This document shows positions 14,273-27,369 of a DNA stretch of 64,000 nt, piece by piece. How positions within the stretch are numbered: position 1 is the first letter of the stretch; every line of letters begins with the position of its first letter. Under the pieces are notes generated by a model. That model made no database searches. It was not told the origin of the DNA and worked only from the letters and a program-made list of their open reading frames with translations. Made by a program: the position numbers and the translations under genes. The stretch is taken from assembly GCF_964355755.1 (NCBI RefSeq), contig NC_092673.1, positions 12,930,948-12,994,947 of the forward strand. Reading direction: 5' to 3'. The stretch comes from Antedon mediterranea (Eukaryota > Animalia > Echinodermata).

Positions 14273-14419
14273 GAACTCTTGAAAATCAAAAAAGATCCAA
14301 CTTAATCCATCAAGAGGAAGATCTCAGCACTATAGTACATCAACTGCAGGCTGACACTAAACTCCAACAGAGGACCGAACCTTCTGCGGAGTAATACTTT
14401 TACTTTCATCGACCAACTT

Positions 14420-14795
14420 CAAGTGGCGTGATCAATACTTTGAACAAACTAAAAGGCACGGTATGGGATCTCCTTTATCCCCGGTCATTGCCAACATCTT
14501 TTTGGAGGAGCTCGAACAGTTAGCCAACAAGCGCCCAAAACTTTGGCTTCGATATGTAGATGACACTTTCATCATCTGACTGACAGCACAACAAGGTGTA
14601 CTTAGATAGTTTTCTAAAACACCTTAACTCTTAACATTGAAATATTGCATTCACCATGGAAGAGGAAAACGATCACAATTTACCATTTCTTGATGTTTTT
14701 GTCACTGAACCTGAGTGCACTCTGTTCCACAAAGTTTGTCGCAAACCCACTCACATGGACAGATATTTACATAAGCAATCTTTCCACTCCCATAT
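14420..14795 (+). mobile_element. Penelope-like retroelement RT fragment
   Basis: MGSPLSPVIANIFLEELE, WLRYVDDTF, FTMEEE..LPFLDV, RKPTHMDRYLH..SFH motifs, with frameshifts. Confidence 0.85.
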
Positions 14796-15262
14796 AGTTA
14801 GGGCAGTTTTTAAAACTTGTTTCCAAAAAAATTTAAAGAATATGTTACAAAAATATTTGTTATTCATCAAAAAAAGTGCATCACCAAAATCACTTAAGAA
14901 TTCAGTTTTCAGATGTACCAAAGTATACCCAATGGTAAAATATCTCTCAGACTTTCTTAAGAATACATAATGAAAACAAGCGTCTGGATGCTCTAGAAAC
15001 AATATCCACTGTATTAAGATCCATTTAAGATTATCTTGAATAAAACCACATCCAGATCTGATCCATTTATGGTAAAGTTAGCTGGCGCATAATCATTTCA
15101 GGAGTTTTTTGTCTAAGAAAATTTATAGTAAGGATGTGACATTTAGAGGGTTAGGTATCATCTTATTTAGAGGAAACCACTCATTCAAATTATCACGAGA
15201 ATTATAACATTTCATGGAAAATGAATAACAAGCTATTGTACATTCACTTCTAGAAAAAAATA

Positions 15263-16605
15263 TTTACCACCATGCATAATTAGGCAAAGTACTATTGAAA
15301 TTATCATTATTGCATAATGCAGTGTTTTTAAAATTGTAATGAATTTTCTATGATAATAACTTTTTTTTTAATTAAGTAGATCTCAACAAGATGCACCCCA
15401 GCAAACAATAAGAAAATCAGTATTTAGAAGGATTTGGACAGCAGTGCTTCATCTTTTTTGTATCAAAGGAAGTGGTTGGTGGATTGAAGGCGGATAGCAA
15501 CTTAAGTTTGTCATCATCATTACAATCGTCTCTGTGGTCTTCGACATTTTCACTTTCTCCTGCCCAGATAGTTACATCAGGGATATCACCCGGAGAGGTA
15601 ATTCTCCCATGGCAAAATGTTCGTAGCACGTCAGCGTCATCATCTACAGTTTCTTAAGCCCAGTGCATTTTTAAACTACCAACATCCATGTTATCACCGA
15701 GTGTGATACCACCAGAAAATAAACGTTTTGTAGTGTGCCATCATCGTTGTCATCACAATGGCCATTATCATCTGCCAGTAGCGATATAGATCCTACATCA
15801 AAACTTCCGGAAACCCTGCCGCCTGTGAGGTTACTGGATAGTTGAAATGTCTTTGACCTTTGTAATCCTCTATGTCTTGGAAAGGGAAGGTTTGGCCATG
15901 TTGACCTTATATTATCAAATCCACTTCGTCACAGTCAAGATGGCTTTTTAAGATAGTTACAACAATCCTGATTGGTGCCAGATGGTAATGGAAGCGGGTT
16001 ACATGAAGCTTCCTTCTGTTCCTTGAGTCTTCTTGCGTTTTTCGTCAAGCTCAAGTATGCTGTATTATGGTACAGCAGTTTATTGAAAACACTCGCACTA
16101 TTTCCAGTAAAATATGACTGCATGTATTGCTAACTGGACAGCCATCTTTAAGTGCGCTTCGATGTATATCTATGACAATAGAAGTTGTCATTGCCCTCAA
16201 TACCATGCACCAACGAGGACTACTTCCAAATGATGTAGCACTTAGAAACATCCTTGTCCACCATGATGGAACCAACTGTAAAGCGAAGCTTACAGACTTC
16301 GGGATGGCATACAGACTACAATATCCAAGAAAACATAGGCAGTTAACTTTTTCATTGCTGGATGAGGGACCACAATTCCACCAAGGTTATCCAGACGTAG
16401 CACAAGAAAAATACCTTGCTGGTGCTTGCAACTGTTAAGAGTGACGTATATTCCGTCGGTCATACTTTGAAGATGTTAGCATTAGCAATTGGAAGCAGGG
16501 AGAAGGTTGACCTTGGAGAAGCTTGTGCAGCATTCGATGCGGATGATTGATTATCTCTAGATCGTGTAATCAAAATCTTGATCACCATTAAAGAAAATGA
16601 ATAGA
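15263..16605 (+). pseudogene. Protein kinase copy C, paralogous to 10410-11790, disrupted
   Basis: LGKGRFGHV, MHQRGLLPNDVALRNILV, LTDFGMA, YPDVAQE, SDVYSVG; nucleotide homology to copy B over ~1.3 kb. Confidence 0.85.
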
Positions 16606-17259
16606 CAGTTCACAATTATTATTAAACGATAGTAATATAAAAATCATAAAATATCGGAAAAAAATTGTAAAAACAGATTTTCATCAGTCTTTGGTAGATT
16701 TGATGTTCAATGATAATTATTCTAATATTATCATAAAGTTAGTTGCTTGGAATCCTATGGTCCATCCCAATGGAGATGGCCAAACAAACCTGGTATCATT
16801 TGGTATAAATCTGATCAGATATGTAGACAACTTGATGTACCAGAGCAGATAATACCTGCCAGTGCCAGTAAATGTCTGAAAATTCCATCCTGCCACTACA
16901 GCAAATATTTTTAATTGAATTTTTCAAATATACTGTAATTCAATTGGTTGATTGTTATAATTTTGCTTACCAAAGTTATACTTTATGATGTTATACTGAA
17001 ATTTAAAGTTATAAAATAAACTTGAACTTCATAGCCATTTAAACTTTTTGTATTATTTTGTGTTCATTCCGTCCCGCCACCGAAACATGTTATGTTGCCA
17101 TGACAACAGACAGGTGGTGCATCATCAAACTAATATTGCAAAATATAGTACCTGTTATTAACTTGCCTGACCCAAAACATTCACTCTCTGTGATTGGTAT
17201 ATAATATAATAAAATAATAAATAGTACAGTATTGTATTTTCCGTCCTGCTCCCAGCAGG

Positions 17260-18850
17260 GGGTTTTGGATTAGGCCCATCACTGCTTCCTAAAGCAGAGA
17301 TTATTTCTTCGGTCATCAAATACTTTTTACATATGTCAGGGAACATGCTTCTGACTTACCAGACACAACAACTTGCTAAAGAATGAGTTGCGGGAACTGT
17401 CTGACCTACATGTAGAAGAAGCTTTAAATAATAAGTCAAAAACTCTGTATTATGATGGGACGTCATAAAAAAAGAAGCATGTCGCAGAAGTACAAGTCAG
17501 TGATGAAGACAAGATATACACATTAGGGTAACAGAAATGACAGGGGGAAAGGCTGTGATTATGTTGAAGCTATCAATGAAGTTATTCCACCAAATGGTTC
17601 CATCCATGAAAACATATCAAACACAATGACCGACAGATGTATTGTAAAGAAGTCCGTCAATACCACATTAAAGAATCAGAAATCCAACAAATTATTAAAC
17701 GAGTTCCTTTGTGAAATGCACCCTAGCGACACTATCGGAAAGTCAATGTCAAGCATTCTGAAATTATTCGAAGATGAAAACGAGGTTGAGGATACCAATT
17801 CATTTGCACAAAGAGGGATTAGCAAAACAGAAGGACTAATTGCATCAGTAATCTAACCTAACATCTAATGCAGCAAGTGCGATTCCTGCGGAAATCGAAA
17901 CACATTTGAAACATCACAATTATAATTTTAATGGATTTTTTTCTAAAATTATTGGAAATCACTTTCATGTTTTATTTCTGAATGGTGGGGCGGTTTATTT
18001 TTTTTAACAACCCTTATTATCTGTACTAGGAAAACACATCATAAGTAGAAAGATCTTTTAATCCTACAAACAAATGCCCAAGAAGCTGTTGACCAAATTA
18101 ACAAATGGTCCGATGATCTATTGACGATAATTCAATGTACAGGAAGTTTGAAAGAAAGATGTCGTATTCTTTAAAATAATAGAATGTGATGAAGATAATT
18201 CCCTGCTGTCTTTTCTACTACAACAGATGCTTCGTGAATATTAAATGTATGCAAACAACAACTTGGAGATCAACTTGATGGAGGGTGCTACGATTCTCCC
18301 AGTGAGCAACTGACAGAGCAAGCCCAGTCATGCAGAGCCACCACCATCAGCGGGGAACGAGTATTTGGACAATTCGACCATTACATAAAACGGGCCCCCA
18401 ATGCAACGCTCAGTTACAGCGATTCAAAAATTGTTTTTAAAAACAATAAATCCATGTATTGGCAAAACTAATCAAAACAGCAAGAATCGAATCAAAATCG
18501 TATAATCAAGAAAAGATAAAAAAACACACGAGAAGATCTAATTGCTGACCTCTCACCATTGGTGGTCTTTGGAAGACAAAAGAAGAAATGGTCACAAATA
18601 TTTTAAATCTCAAGACGGTCACCAAAGTCATTTTTGCTGTGAAGACACAACTGAAAGTAAGAAAAAATCTTATTTGTCAGAAAGTAGAAGAGCATCTTTT
18701 TTGTTTTTCCCTCAGCTGGAAAAAAGCACTCCTTTGAACAACTTAAGGAAATTCTTTTGATTTTAATGGAGTCGATGGTGAAGTCTCCCATACAAAACCT
18801 CATCACTCAACCAGAACTTTTGATTGGGAAACAAATTAAACACCTCTGGA
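17260..18850 (+). pseudogene. Degraded DDE transposase (hAT/P/Mutator-like CxxH type; family uncertain)
   Basis: LYYDGTS, NTMTDR, FLCEMHP, IGNHFHVLFLNGG, SGERVFGQFD motifs in order, ending LIGKQIKHLW; many stops and frameshifts. Confidence 0.55.
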
Positions 18851-18920
18851 CAGTGGCGTATCCAGGATTTTGAAGTCGGGAGGGCCGGGAATTGCCAATT
18901 TGCCGACAAAATCAGTGTCA
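18851..18920 (+). mobile_element. Left terminus of a CAGTGGCGTA-type MITE; partner end not found
   Basis: CAGTGGCGTATCCAGGATTT, the same terminus type as at 55427; it truncates the preceding transposase remnant. Confidence 0.5.
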
Positions 18921-19358
18921 TACCTGTACTGTACATGCCTAGGCCTACACATCAATAATTATGTTCTAGGATTGCATAGTCATGTTGTCTTATAGGGATA
19001 ACGATGCAAAATTAAAACCAAATTAAACATTATCTGTTAGTATGTTGTATTAATATTACAATAAAGAAAGAATTACGAAAATCTGACTTGTTGTAGTTTT
19101 CAAAATATATGGTCTAAAACATCGCCGAAAATGATCGTTTTTAGCCACGAAAGAAGTAAAAACAATTTGCGACTTCAGTCGACAATTCTATTAACTGTGC
19201 CATTTTTGGTTAAAATAATTACATATAACTACGTTTTTTAGTAATTTATTTTATATCACCATTGGAAATATCAATAAAACATGTTATTAAATGCTTATAA
19301 AATATATAAAGTTGTTTAACGGAATTCGGACAAATTCATTGCTCTAACTTTGTGTAGT

Positions 19359-19478
19359 ACCGATCAGAGAGACCATGTGACTTTATGGTACACGCGCGAG
19401 AGAAAACATTCCACTGCCGGTGATTCGCATTCACCAATCAAATCAGCTAGAATCCAAAATCATTCAACCGTGAGCAAC
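19359..19478 (+). repeat. About 120-bp direct repeat, copy 1 (copy 2 at 24597-24715)
   Basis: ACCGATCAGAGAGACCATGTGAC ... CAACCGTGAGCAA, about 2 mismatches between copies. Confidence 0.9.
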
Positions 19479-19853
19479 ATTAGGTGTACATCCCGATTAG
19501 AACTTTTTGGTCAAAATCCTTATCAGATAAATCAACTAAGCAGGTGATTAATGACCAGTGGCCGTATTCACCAATCTCACTTAGGCTAAGGGAAATACTT
19601 ACCCTTAAAATTTAAGAATTCCCTTAACAAAGGGAAACACTTAAGGGGTATTCACAAATGAGTTAAGGGATTCACTTACCTAAGGGAAACACTTAATTTT
19701 AAGTAAAACACTTAAGAGAAAAATATTTATAAATATTCATGAGTTTCCCATTGTCCAATCAAAAAGAGAGACAATGTGTCCAATATCCAATCACTTTCCC
19801 TCATTCAAACCTCATTTGCATATTCAATGAAAATTTTTGCTGGCAACAAAAAA

Positions 19854-21479
19854 ATGGCAGCAACAAAACGAAAACCTAATTGGAAGGACGAAGAAAAGGA
19901 GGTGTTGGTAGCCGAGTATGGAAAAAGAAAGAATATTTTAAGAGCTGCTTTTGATAGTAAAATAACCTATAAACAAAAAACAACAGCCTGGCAAGAGATT
20001 ACCGCTGCTGTCAAACAAACAAATCCAACTGCCGTCAGGGACCAACAAAATGTTTTTAAAAAATGGGAAAATCTGGTTTCGCAGGCAATGCAGAACATTA
20101 CATCGTTCAAAAAAGACATTATGCAAACAGGTAAAATTTAGTTTGTAGTCCTATAAATACTTTTTAATTCCAAAATGTAGTTGTTGTTAGGGAACATCAC
20201 CCAATGCTAGGCCGATATGCTTCTTTACTTAGACTAACTTTAATTAGTTTAGTAGTAAAAACACGGCTGAATTTAAAATAACAATGGTTAACAGTTTATT
20301 TAAACAAGAAAACACAAGCTAAGTTTTTTTATATTACCACAAGTTGCTTTTTATGATAGGATTAGATAGCATACTAACGGTGATACTAACCTTGGTCGGC
20401 TAGGCAAGCCAACACGCCTAAATTAAAATACGCTAGCCTAGCCTACTACCTAGGCCTAGGTAGTAGCCTATGGCCTTAGATATGCCTAGACGGGTATAGG
20501 TCTAGTAGGAATTCCCGATAGTAGGCCTAAGTATAAAATAAATAATGTAAAAATGCCATCCAGCCTGGCCCTACTGTTGTTATTATAGCCATGCTAGCTA
20601 GGTAGTAGGCCCTCCTAGTACTAGTAGTAGTAGAGTAAAGTATGCTAAATCTTCATCAGTCAGAGTTGCCCCAGCACACTAACAGAAAATAATAATATAA
20701 ACAGGCCTACTAGCTATTATACTAGTAGTAGTAGGCCTATCCCAGTAGTACTTCACTAGGCCTAACAAAATAAAGGACATTCATATAGGACAGTTGTCTA
20801 GAGTGTATGCTTTAATAAATACAGTATAAATAAGTAGTTAGCCTAGTATTACTATTTTTTATCAGGTGGTGGCCCTCATACAATTCCAGAACCATCTGCA
20901 CTTGACAGGGCAATAGAGGGAATTTTGGGACAAAGTTCGCCCGTCTTTGGAGGCATCCAAGGTGGAGTTGATTCTGGAACAGTGACTGACTGTAGGCCTA
21001 CACATTCATTACTGATTGCAGTCAGTTTTGATGACATTGATTTAAATTTTTCGTAAGTGTTAATTGATGTTAATTAAATCGCAAATAAATGTTTAAAACA
21101 ATACATAAATGAATCAAATAACTGCTTAGTCTTGTGTTAGTTTATTGTCAGACTATGTAATTTTTATTTAACTGCATTTAATTAACTGCATCAGAACTGT
21201 ATTTTATACAAACTGCAATTAATTAAGATCATTAACCATCTACACTTAAGACCGTTTTCTTATAGATCTCAAGATACAGGCATTAATCCGATGCTTTCAA
21301 GTGAGTATGCAACTGTGCCAGAACCAACATTCACATCGTGTAATTCCACCGCTGCAATGCACCGGAAGTTGATATTGATGGAGATGGAGAAAGTAAAAAA
21401 AGAGAGAGAGAAAATAAAATTAGAAAAAGAGGTTTTACTTTTAAAAAAACAATTAATAATCAAACAATTAAATGAATAA
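19854..21479 (+). CDS. Harbinger Myb/SANT-like DNA-binding protein, 3 exons (19854-20130, 20866-21052, 21266-21479), 225 aa
   Basis: RKPNW..EKEVLV..K..AWQEIT..KKWENL; GT-AG splicing creates the family TGGGP motif; exons total 678 nt in one open frame; C-terminal coiled coil. Confidence 0.85.
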
Positions 21480-21534
21480 TAATTAAGTTGTGGGTTTTAC
21501 ATTTATAAAATATTAAAGGAACAGTGATTATTAT

Positions 21535-21847
21535 GGATGTATTGTCCCCCTGAAAACATATTTTACAATTTTTTTTTTTGATTATGCCATTTTAATATCA
21601 TATAATAGTTATCCACTTTTGACCAAAAATTGGATTGAAACAAAAATTATTTATCTGAAAAACTGTAATTTAAAGCAAAAAATAGTCAAATTGGCTGCCA
21701 GCCAATGGATTTTTGGTTGAATTTAACCATTTGTTTTGTCATTTTTTTTCTACGCAAGTTATTAATTTGATTAAAACTACAAAATAACCTATTCAAAGTC
21801 TGATTTAAATAATCTTATTTTTTATGTTTTTGGAGGACAATACATCT
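21535..21847. mobile_element. TTAA-type MITE related to 151-665, lying between the two Harbinger genes
   Basis: TTAT|GGATGTATTGTCCCCCTGAAAACATA ... TATGTTTTTGGAGGACAATACATCT|TTAA. Confidence 0.65.
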
Positions 21848-22197
21848 TTAACATAAATAAATAATATAAACTTTTAAATAGTTGTTAAATTAAATGTTAT
21901 GTACAATATCATGTTCCACATGAAAGGCCTATTGAAAAAAAAAAATTAATTTTAGTATATTGTGTATTTAAATATACAATCATTTTTCAGTACACCAAGT
22001 TTAACGCAAGGTTGAATGTCTCAACGTTTCAGTTGAACTTCAACCAACTTCTGAAGTAACTAAACATGTTGTTCTGCAAATCTAACTTCACTATTTTTAT
22101 ATGCCCTGCAAACCTTATTTAAATTATTATTGTATAATAAAGTACCAGATGGTAAATTAAATATAAAATGTACTGCAATTAGCTTTTTTTTAACCTT

Positions 22198-23231
22198 TTA
22201 CTGATTAAAAAATTGTTCAACTAAGCGCTGCCTTGCAAGTCTACCATTCATGTTTGCACCTTCTGCATCTTCGTGAGGTATATGAGGTGGTTGTTGGTAA
22301 TGATTCAATGGGTCATTAAAGATGTCGGGCATCCTTCTTGCTTTTGCAAAATTGTGTATTGCTGCTGTTGCTGCAATAATCTGACAGCACTTGGCTGGAG
22401 TAACTCGGAGTTCTGCATGAAGAGAGTGAAATCTTCTTTTCCATACATTGATCACATTTTCCACTATGCAGCGTGTGTGTTTAAGGGCTGCATTGTATCG
22501 CTCTTCCCCTCTATTTCTTGCATGTGAAATTGGCGTCATCAAGTATGGAAGGCATGGGTAACCACTATCACAAAGAATTATTCCTCTTCGGTCTCCCCTT
22601 GCAAACTGTTCGCCTAAAGCACTCTTCCGCCAAATTTTTGCATCATGTGCATTGCCAGGGTGTCTAGCGACTATGTTCGTAATAAACATTTTAGCATCGC
22701 ATACAACTTGTACATTAATGGAATGGAACAGCTTTCTATTTACGTAGACTTCTTCATGTTCGGAAGGAGATAGGATTTTTACATGGGTTCCATCTACTAC
22801 CCCAACGATTCCAGGAAAACCCGATATCTCATAAAACTCCTGCTGGATACGAACAATGTCCGCATTGTTTGGAAATTGTACAACTCTTGGAAATACGTTT
22901 TGAATGATAGAATCAGTTACCCTCCAAATAATACGGGATACAGTTGGCTGTGAGATTTTACTTACATCTGCACACACACTTTGAAAGGATCCAGTCGCAT
23001 AAAATCTTAGAGTTGTGCACACTTGCAAAATTGGTGGTACTGGCTGATTTCGTTTAGTTGGTAATGTTAAATCAGCTAATAGCAAATGTGTTAGCTCTCT
23101 CAAACCAGCACCGTTCATCCGAAATCTCATGTAAAGTTCTGTCTCATTCCATTGGGGAAGGGGTTCTGCCTGTCCAGTATAACCCTTTCTCTTCTTAGAG
23201 CTCTCTCTATTAAAAAGAAATGAGCAGCCAT
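22198..23231 (-). CDS. Harbinger (HARBI1-like, DDE_Tnp_4) transposase; 310-aa ORF plus an N-terminus out of frame by 1 nt
   Basis: LRFYATGSFQ, GVVDGTHV, YVNRK..HSINVQ, GNAHDA, DSGYP, R..VEN..WKRRF. Upstream ATG at 23231 gives MAAHFFLIERALRRERVILDRQNP. Confidence 0.92.
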
Positions 23232-24596
23232 CTTCAACGAAAATAATGTCTAAAACAAAACAAAAAATAATATTGTAGTGAAATTATGTAAGACGTCGAC
23301 ACCCCTTTCTTAATTTATGGAACAGTCTGGGTGAGACTGCTGATTGGTGGATGTAACATTAGAAGGAATCCACATGCTAATCAGTTTCAACCACCAAAGA
23401 TTACAGACGTACGTAGTATAGGGTTATTACTGCACTAAACTAAACTTCGAAATACATCATCTCTATTAGTATTGAATCTTAGGTAGGCATTAAATCGTTA
23501 TCACTGTGTACTCTATGAAGTTGAAAGGATAATGAAACCATTTAGCAGGGTTAGTATAGTGTGTGTTTCTTTATCATCTGGATTGATTATCGTCTTCGGA
23601 AAACACCGACGCCCGGACCCACTCTCGCTCACACCGACGAGGCAGATAAAAACGTTACAATATAGTCAGTCCTTGGCTTATACTAATTTGTATGGTGAAG
23701 GTCAAGAAACATAGATCTAGATGCTATTAACAAACCAAACTTCGGCCCAAACTTATGTGCAGGCCTAAACCTGTCTTTGTGCATATGAGTCCTAGGCTGG
23801 TTACTGGGTAGACCAACTAGCATCTCTACCTAGCCTTATCTGGGGCTATTTTCTATATACAAATAAATGAACAGCGATCTTCCACGAAAATATTGACAGT
23901 CAAAACAACAAATAAATGCATATAGGCCTAGGCACAGACTAATTTGTATGGTGAGGATCAAGAAAATATATATTTGATGCTACTTACAAACCAAACTTCT
24001 GTGTAGTTAGGCCAAACCTGTCTGTATTGAGAAATATTATGAATCCTAGGCTGGTTAACTTAGCACTCGCACTTGCAGAATCATCAGCAAAACCAAGGTA
24101 CGAATAGAGTTAAGAGAACATTTAAGGGACCTCTGAGGTCCCTTAAAAGTTAAAGGGAAAATAGACCAAGTTAAGGGTTCCCTTAACCTTAAACCATTTG
24201 TGAATACCAATTAAGTGAAACCCTTAATATTTTCTTGATTTAAGGGAAATTCTTAGGATTTAAGGGAAATATCTCACTTAAGTGTGATTGGTGAATACGG
24301 CCACAGGCTTATACGGTTAGGTGTGACCAATGCACACTGCGCCCCACGATAAATAAGCTCTAAACAATCACTCCTAGATGTCCCGCACAATTGGCTGTGG
24401 GAATTAATGACTCAACGCAATGATGTCGAGAGATTGAGTGCCTAAAATTTCGCAAGCCACGCTAGACGACGCTTCGCCTCACCGGGCGAGCGATATGCAA
24501 ATTTTGCCGCCGCAACAATACCTTGAAATATTCTAGGGTTCTATACCTACCACTCTAGAGAGGGCGCTATACTAGACTATAGTTTTCAAATGTGAC

Positions 24597-24715
24597 ACCG
24601 ATCAGAGAGACCATGTGACTTTATGGTACACGCGCGAGAAAAAACATTCCGCTGCCGGTGATTCGCATTCACCAATCAAATCAGCTAGAATCCAAAATCA
24701 TTCAACCGTGAGCAA
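24597..24715 (+). repeat. About 120-bp direct repeat, copy 2
   Basis: Matches 19359-19478. Confidence 0.9.
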
Positions 24716-27369
24716 TGCCAATCACGGGAAAGCCCAGCTTTGATTAGCTTACGATGACATCATATCACAAAATGGTGGTTTTGTAGTTGAGCCTCGTGGA
24801 ATATTCTGTTCCAAAAATGAAATACATGGATATTTGTTATGGTATGTGTGCTTTTTCTTTAAAAAATGTGAATAATAAAGGCCTCATATCGAGTAAAGGG
24901 GTTTTTGGCACTTATAATAAATATAAGGCATATCGCAATGGAACTATATAATCTTAGCGTAGGAAGACATACAAATCCCAGGTCATGAGAGGCTCAACTA
25001 CAAAAACAATGTAGCGCGTACTGCCGTACGTGCTAGATGATAAGATATTTTAACCACATTTTTTACGTGTTTGGTTAGTAGTAATGAAAATTAAAAATAG
25101 TTGATCTGAAGAGAATGATATGATATGTAAATAAACAAACACTCAAAAGAATTATGTTTACAGTTCAAATATTGTCAGTAATAGTTTATTCTTATTTGCC
25201 TAACTTTATTTTTCCCCCGGCACCTTTGATTGCCGACAGACGCGATGATGTGCCGACGGACACAAAATCAGGAGGGGTGAAAAGTGGTGGGAGGGAACGC
25301 TTACAAACATGGTTGGGATGGAATTTTCCATTAGCTGAAGAATGGGGAATCTGAGGTATCATTTTTAGAATTGGAGGAAATTGTAGTAGCTTGTTAAGAG
25401 TGGATACATGGTATTACTATGGACGTCTGTGGTAACACTCAGTAATTTTAAATATAAATATTTTACCTAATGTAATAATATTACACATCTTTTTAAAATG
25501 TCATACTGTTGATTAATTATTTAGTTCTCTTGTATTGTAAAGTAATGTTTCTTTAATCAGTGGTTCTATTGCATTGTTTAGTAAATATTTTAAGAATTTT
25601 GTTTAATACCTTCCTGTAAATAATTAAAAATAGAGTTCAACAGCACATTATTAGATAATGACCTTCAAACTTTATGTTAAATTATAAACATTGGGCTTCA
25701 GTAAAAATGTTCGGGCGGTTTAGAATTAATGTTCTTTGCCTGATTTGTGTACATAATAATAAATATATATTTAGGTGTAGCACTATAGCAACAATTTTAA
25801 AATGTCATAAGAAATATATAGTTATTAAAATAATGTTAATTAATACTTTATGTTACTAAAACTAAAAACGGTCGCGGAAAAAATTGCATAATTGTTATGG
25901 ATTCTACCATTTTTGACAAAGGGGTGAAATGTAAAAATTATAAATAGGGCCTAGAGCCTATATGAGGCCTACCTACCCCCTAAACAAGTTGCTTCAGACG
26001 GTCAATGTTTTTTTAGTTTTTTCACAGGGTACATCCAAACCCCCTGCTATGCTACTGTGCCTTAGCTGTAATTTTTACTTTTACTTCGCCTTTATTATGT
26101 TAAAAAAAAAAAAAAAATCTTTGATTGCTTTTCGTTGTCCTTCACAACAGAAACAGCATGTTTATCGTTGTTTATTGATATTCGCCCTCAACTTGATGAA
26201 AAGTTCTAAGAACTCGAAAGGTCTTCATGAACCAGACGCCTTGTATCAATTCCGTGTTGTGTGAATAAACATGCGATTGTCTGATTCCCTTTGTTTTTCC
26301 GATGTATGTTGTCGCAAATAACAAAAAAACCTCCAAAGTCCTACACACGCGAATTACTCTACGCTCCCGGTGTAGGCCTACATGTTTGTCACGCTGTTAG
26401 CATACATCATCACAGTCGCTGAAAAATGTGACTTTCCTGGCTGAAAACCAATTCTAAACGTGAGAATCCTCTGTTTATATAGATTGGGCACTAAGGTGTG
26501 TTAATTAGAAAATTAACAAAAAAATGGCGTTTATTAGGAACAATACAGTAGAATAAAACATTTAAAAAATGGATGCCAATAGGTTCAAATGCTTAGTTGG
26601 TTATGAGCTACGCGGTAGAATGTCCGTCCGTAACACAATTAAAGTTTGTAAGTTTTTCTATGATGCTGTCAACAAGTTAAAAAACACATTGATAATTACA
26701 TTTTTTTTTTTAAATCGGCCCTCTGATTTTTTGATAAATTAAAGCAAATTGTTAAACTCATTATGTTATTGATATTTTGTACATTTTGTACAAAAACATT
26801 TTTTTAATAGACAATATTTTTTTAAATATTTCATTGCATTAGAAGATGAGGATTTTCTATAATTTCCAACGTTTTGAGATTCTAATTATTAAAAAAAATC
26901 TTAAATGTTCAAATTAAATACAATACAATAACATAAACAATAAAGACATTTATTTTATTTTACTGTATTTTAAATTTAAACTTATTTCCAGCTTTAAATA
27001 CGGTAAACAAGCATAATTGTTTTTAAATTGCCAAACAAAAATGTAACCAATCGGATTGCAGATCTATTGACCAATCAGATGCAAACACTTTTAGCCTATC
27101 AAAAATGAGTATAGAATACAACCAATTGGATTGGCTATAAGTATGAGTAAACTATACCCTAAGTTTTAAAGCATAGGATTCAAACAAATAAATTTTGTTC
27201 AAACAAGTTTTGTTCAGGAATATTTCTGAAGACAGATAGATAAATGTAAGAAATGTAATGAAAACCCTCATGAACAATAAACGCCTGGGGCATTCATTCG
27301 AATAATTACAGTATGTAGATTTACTTTAACCTTAAATTTAAATCAACAACAAAAACTTTTTTTTAGACC

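Larger units (their letters stand above)
19559..24303. mobile_element. Full-length PIF/Harbinger DNA transposon (4745 bp)
   Basis: CAG|TGGCCGTATTCACCAATC ... GATTGGTGAATACGGCCA|CAG; subterminal TAAGGG/CCCTTA repeats at both ends; convergent Myb/SANT and transposase genes. Confidence 0.95.
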
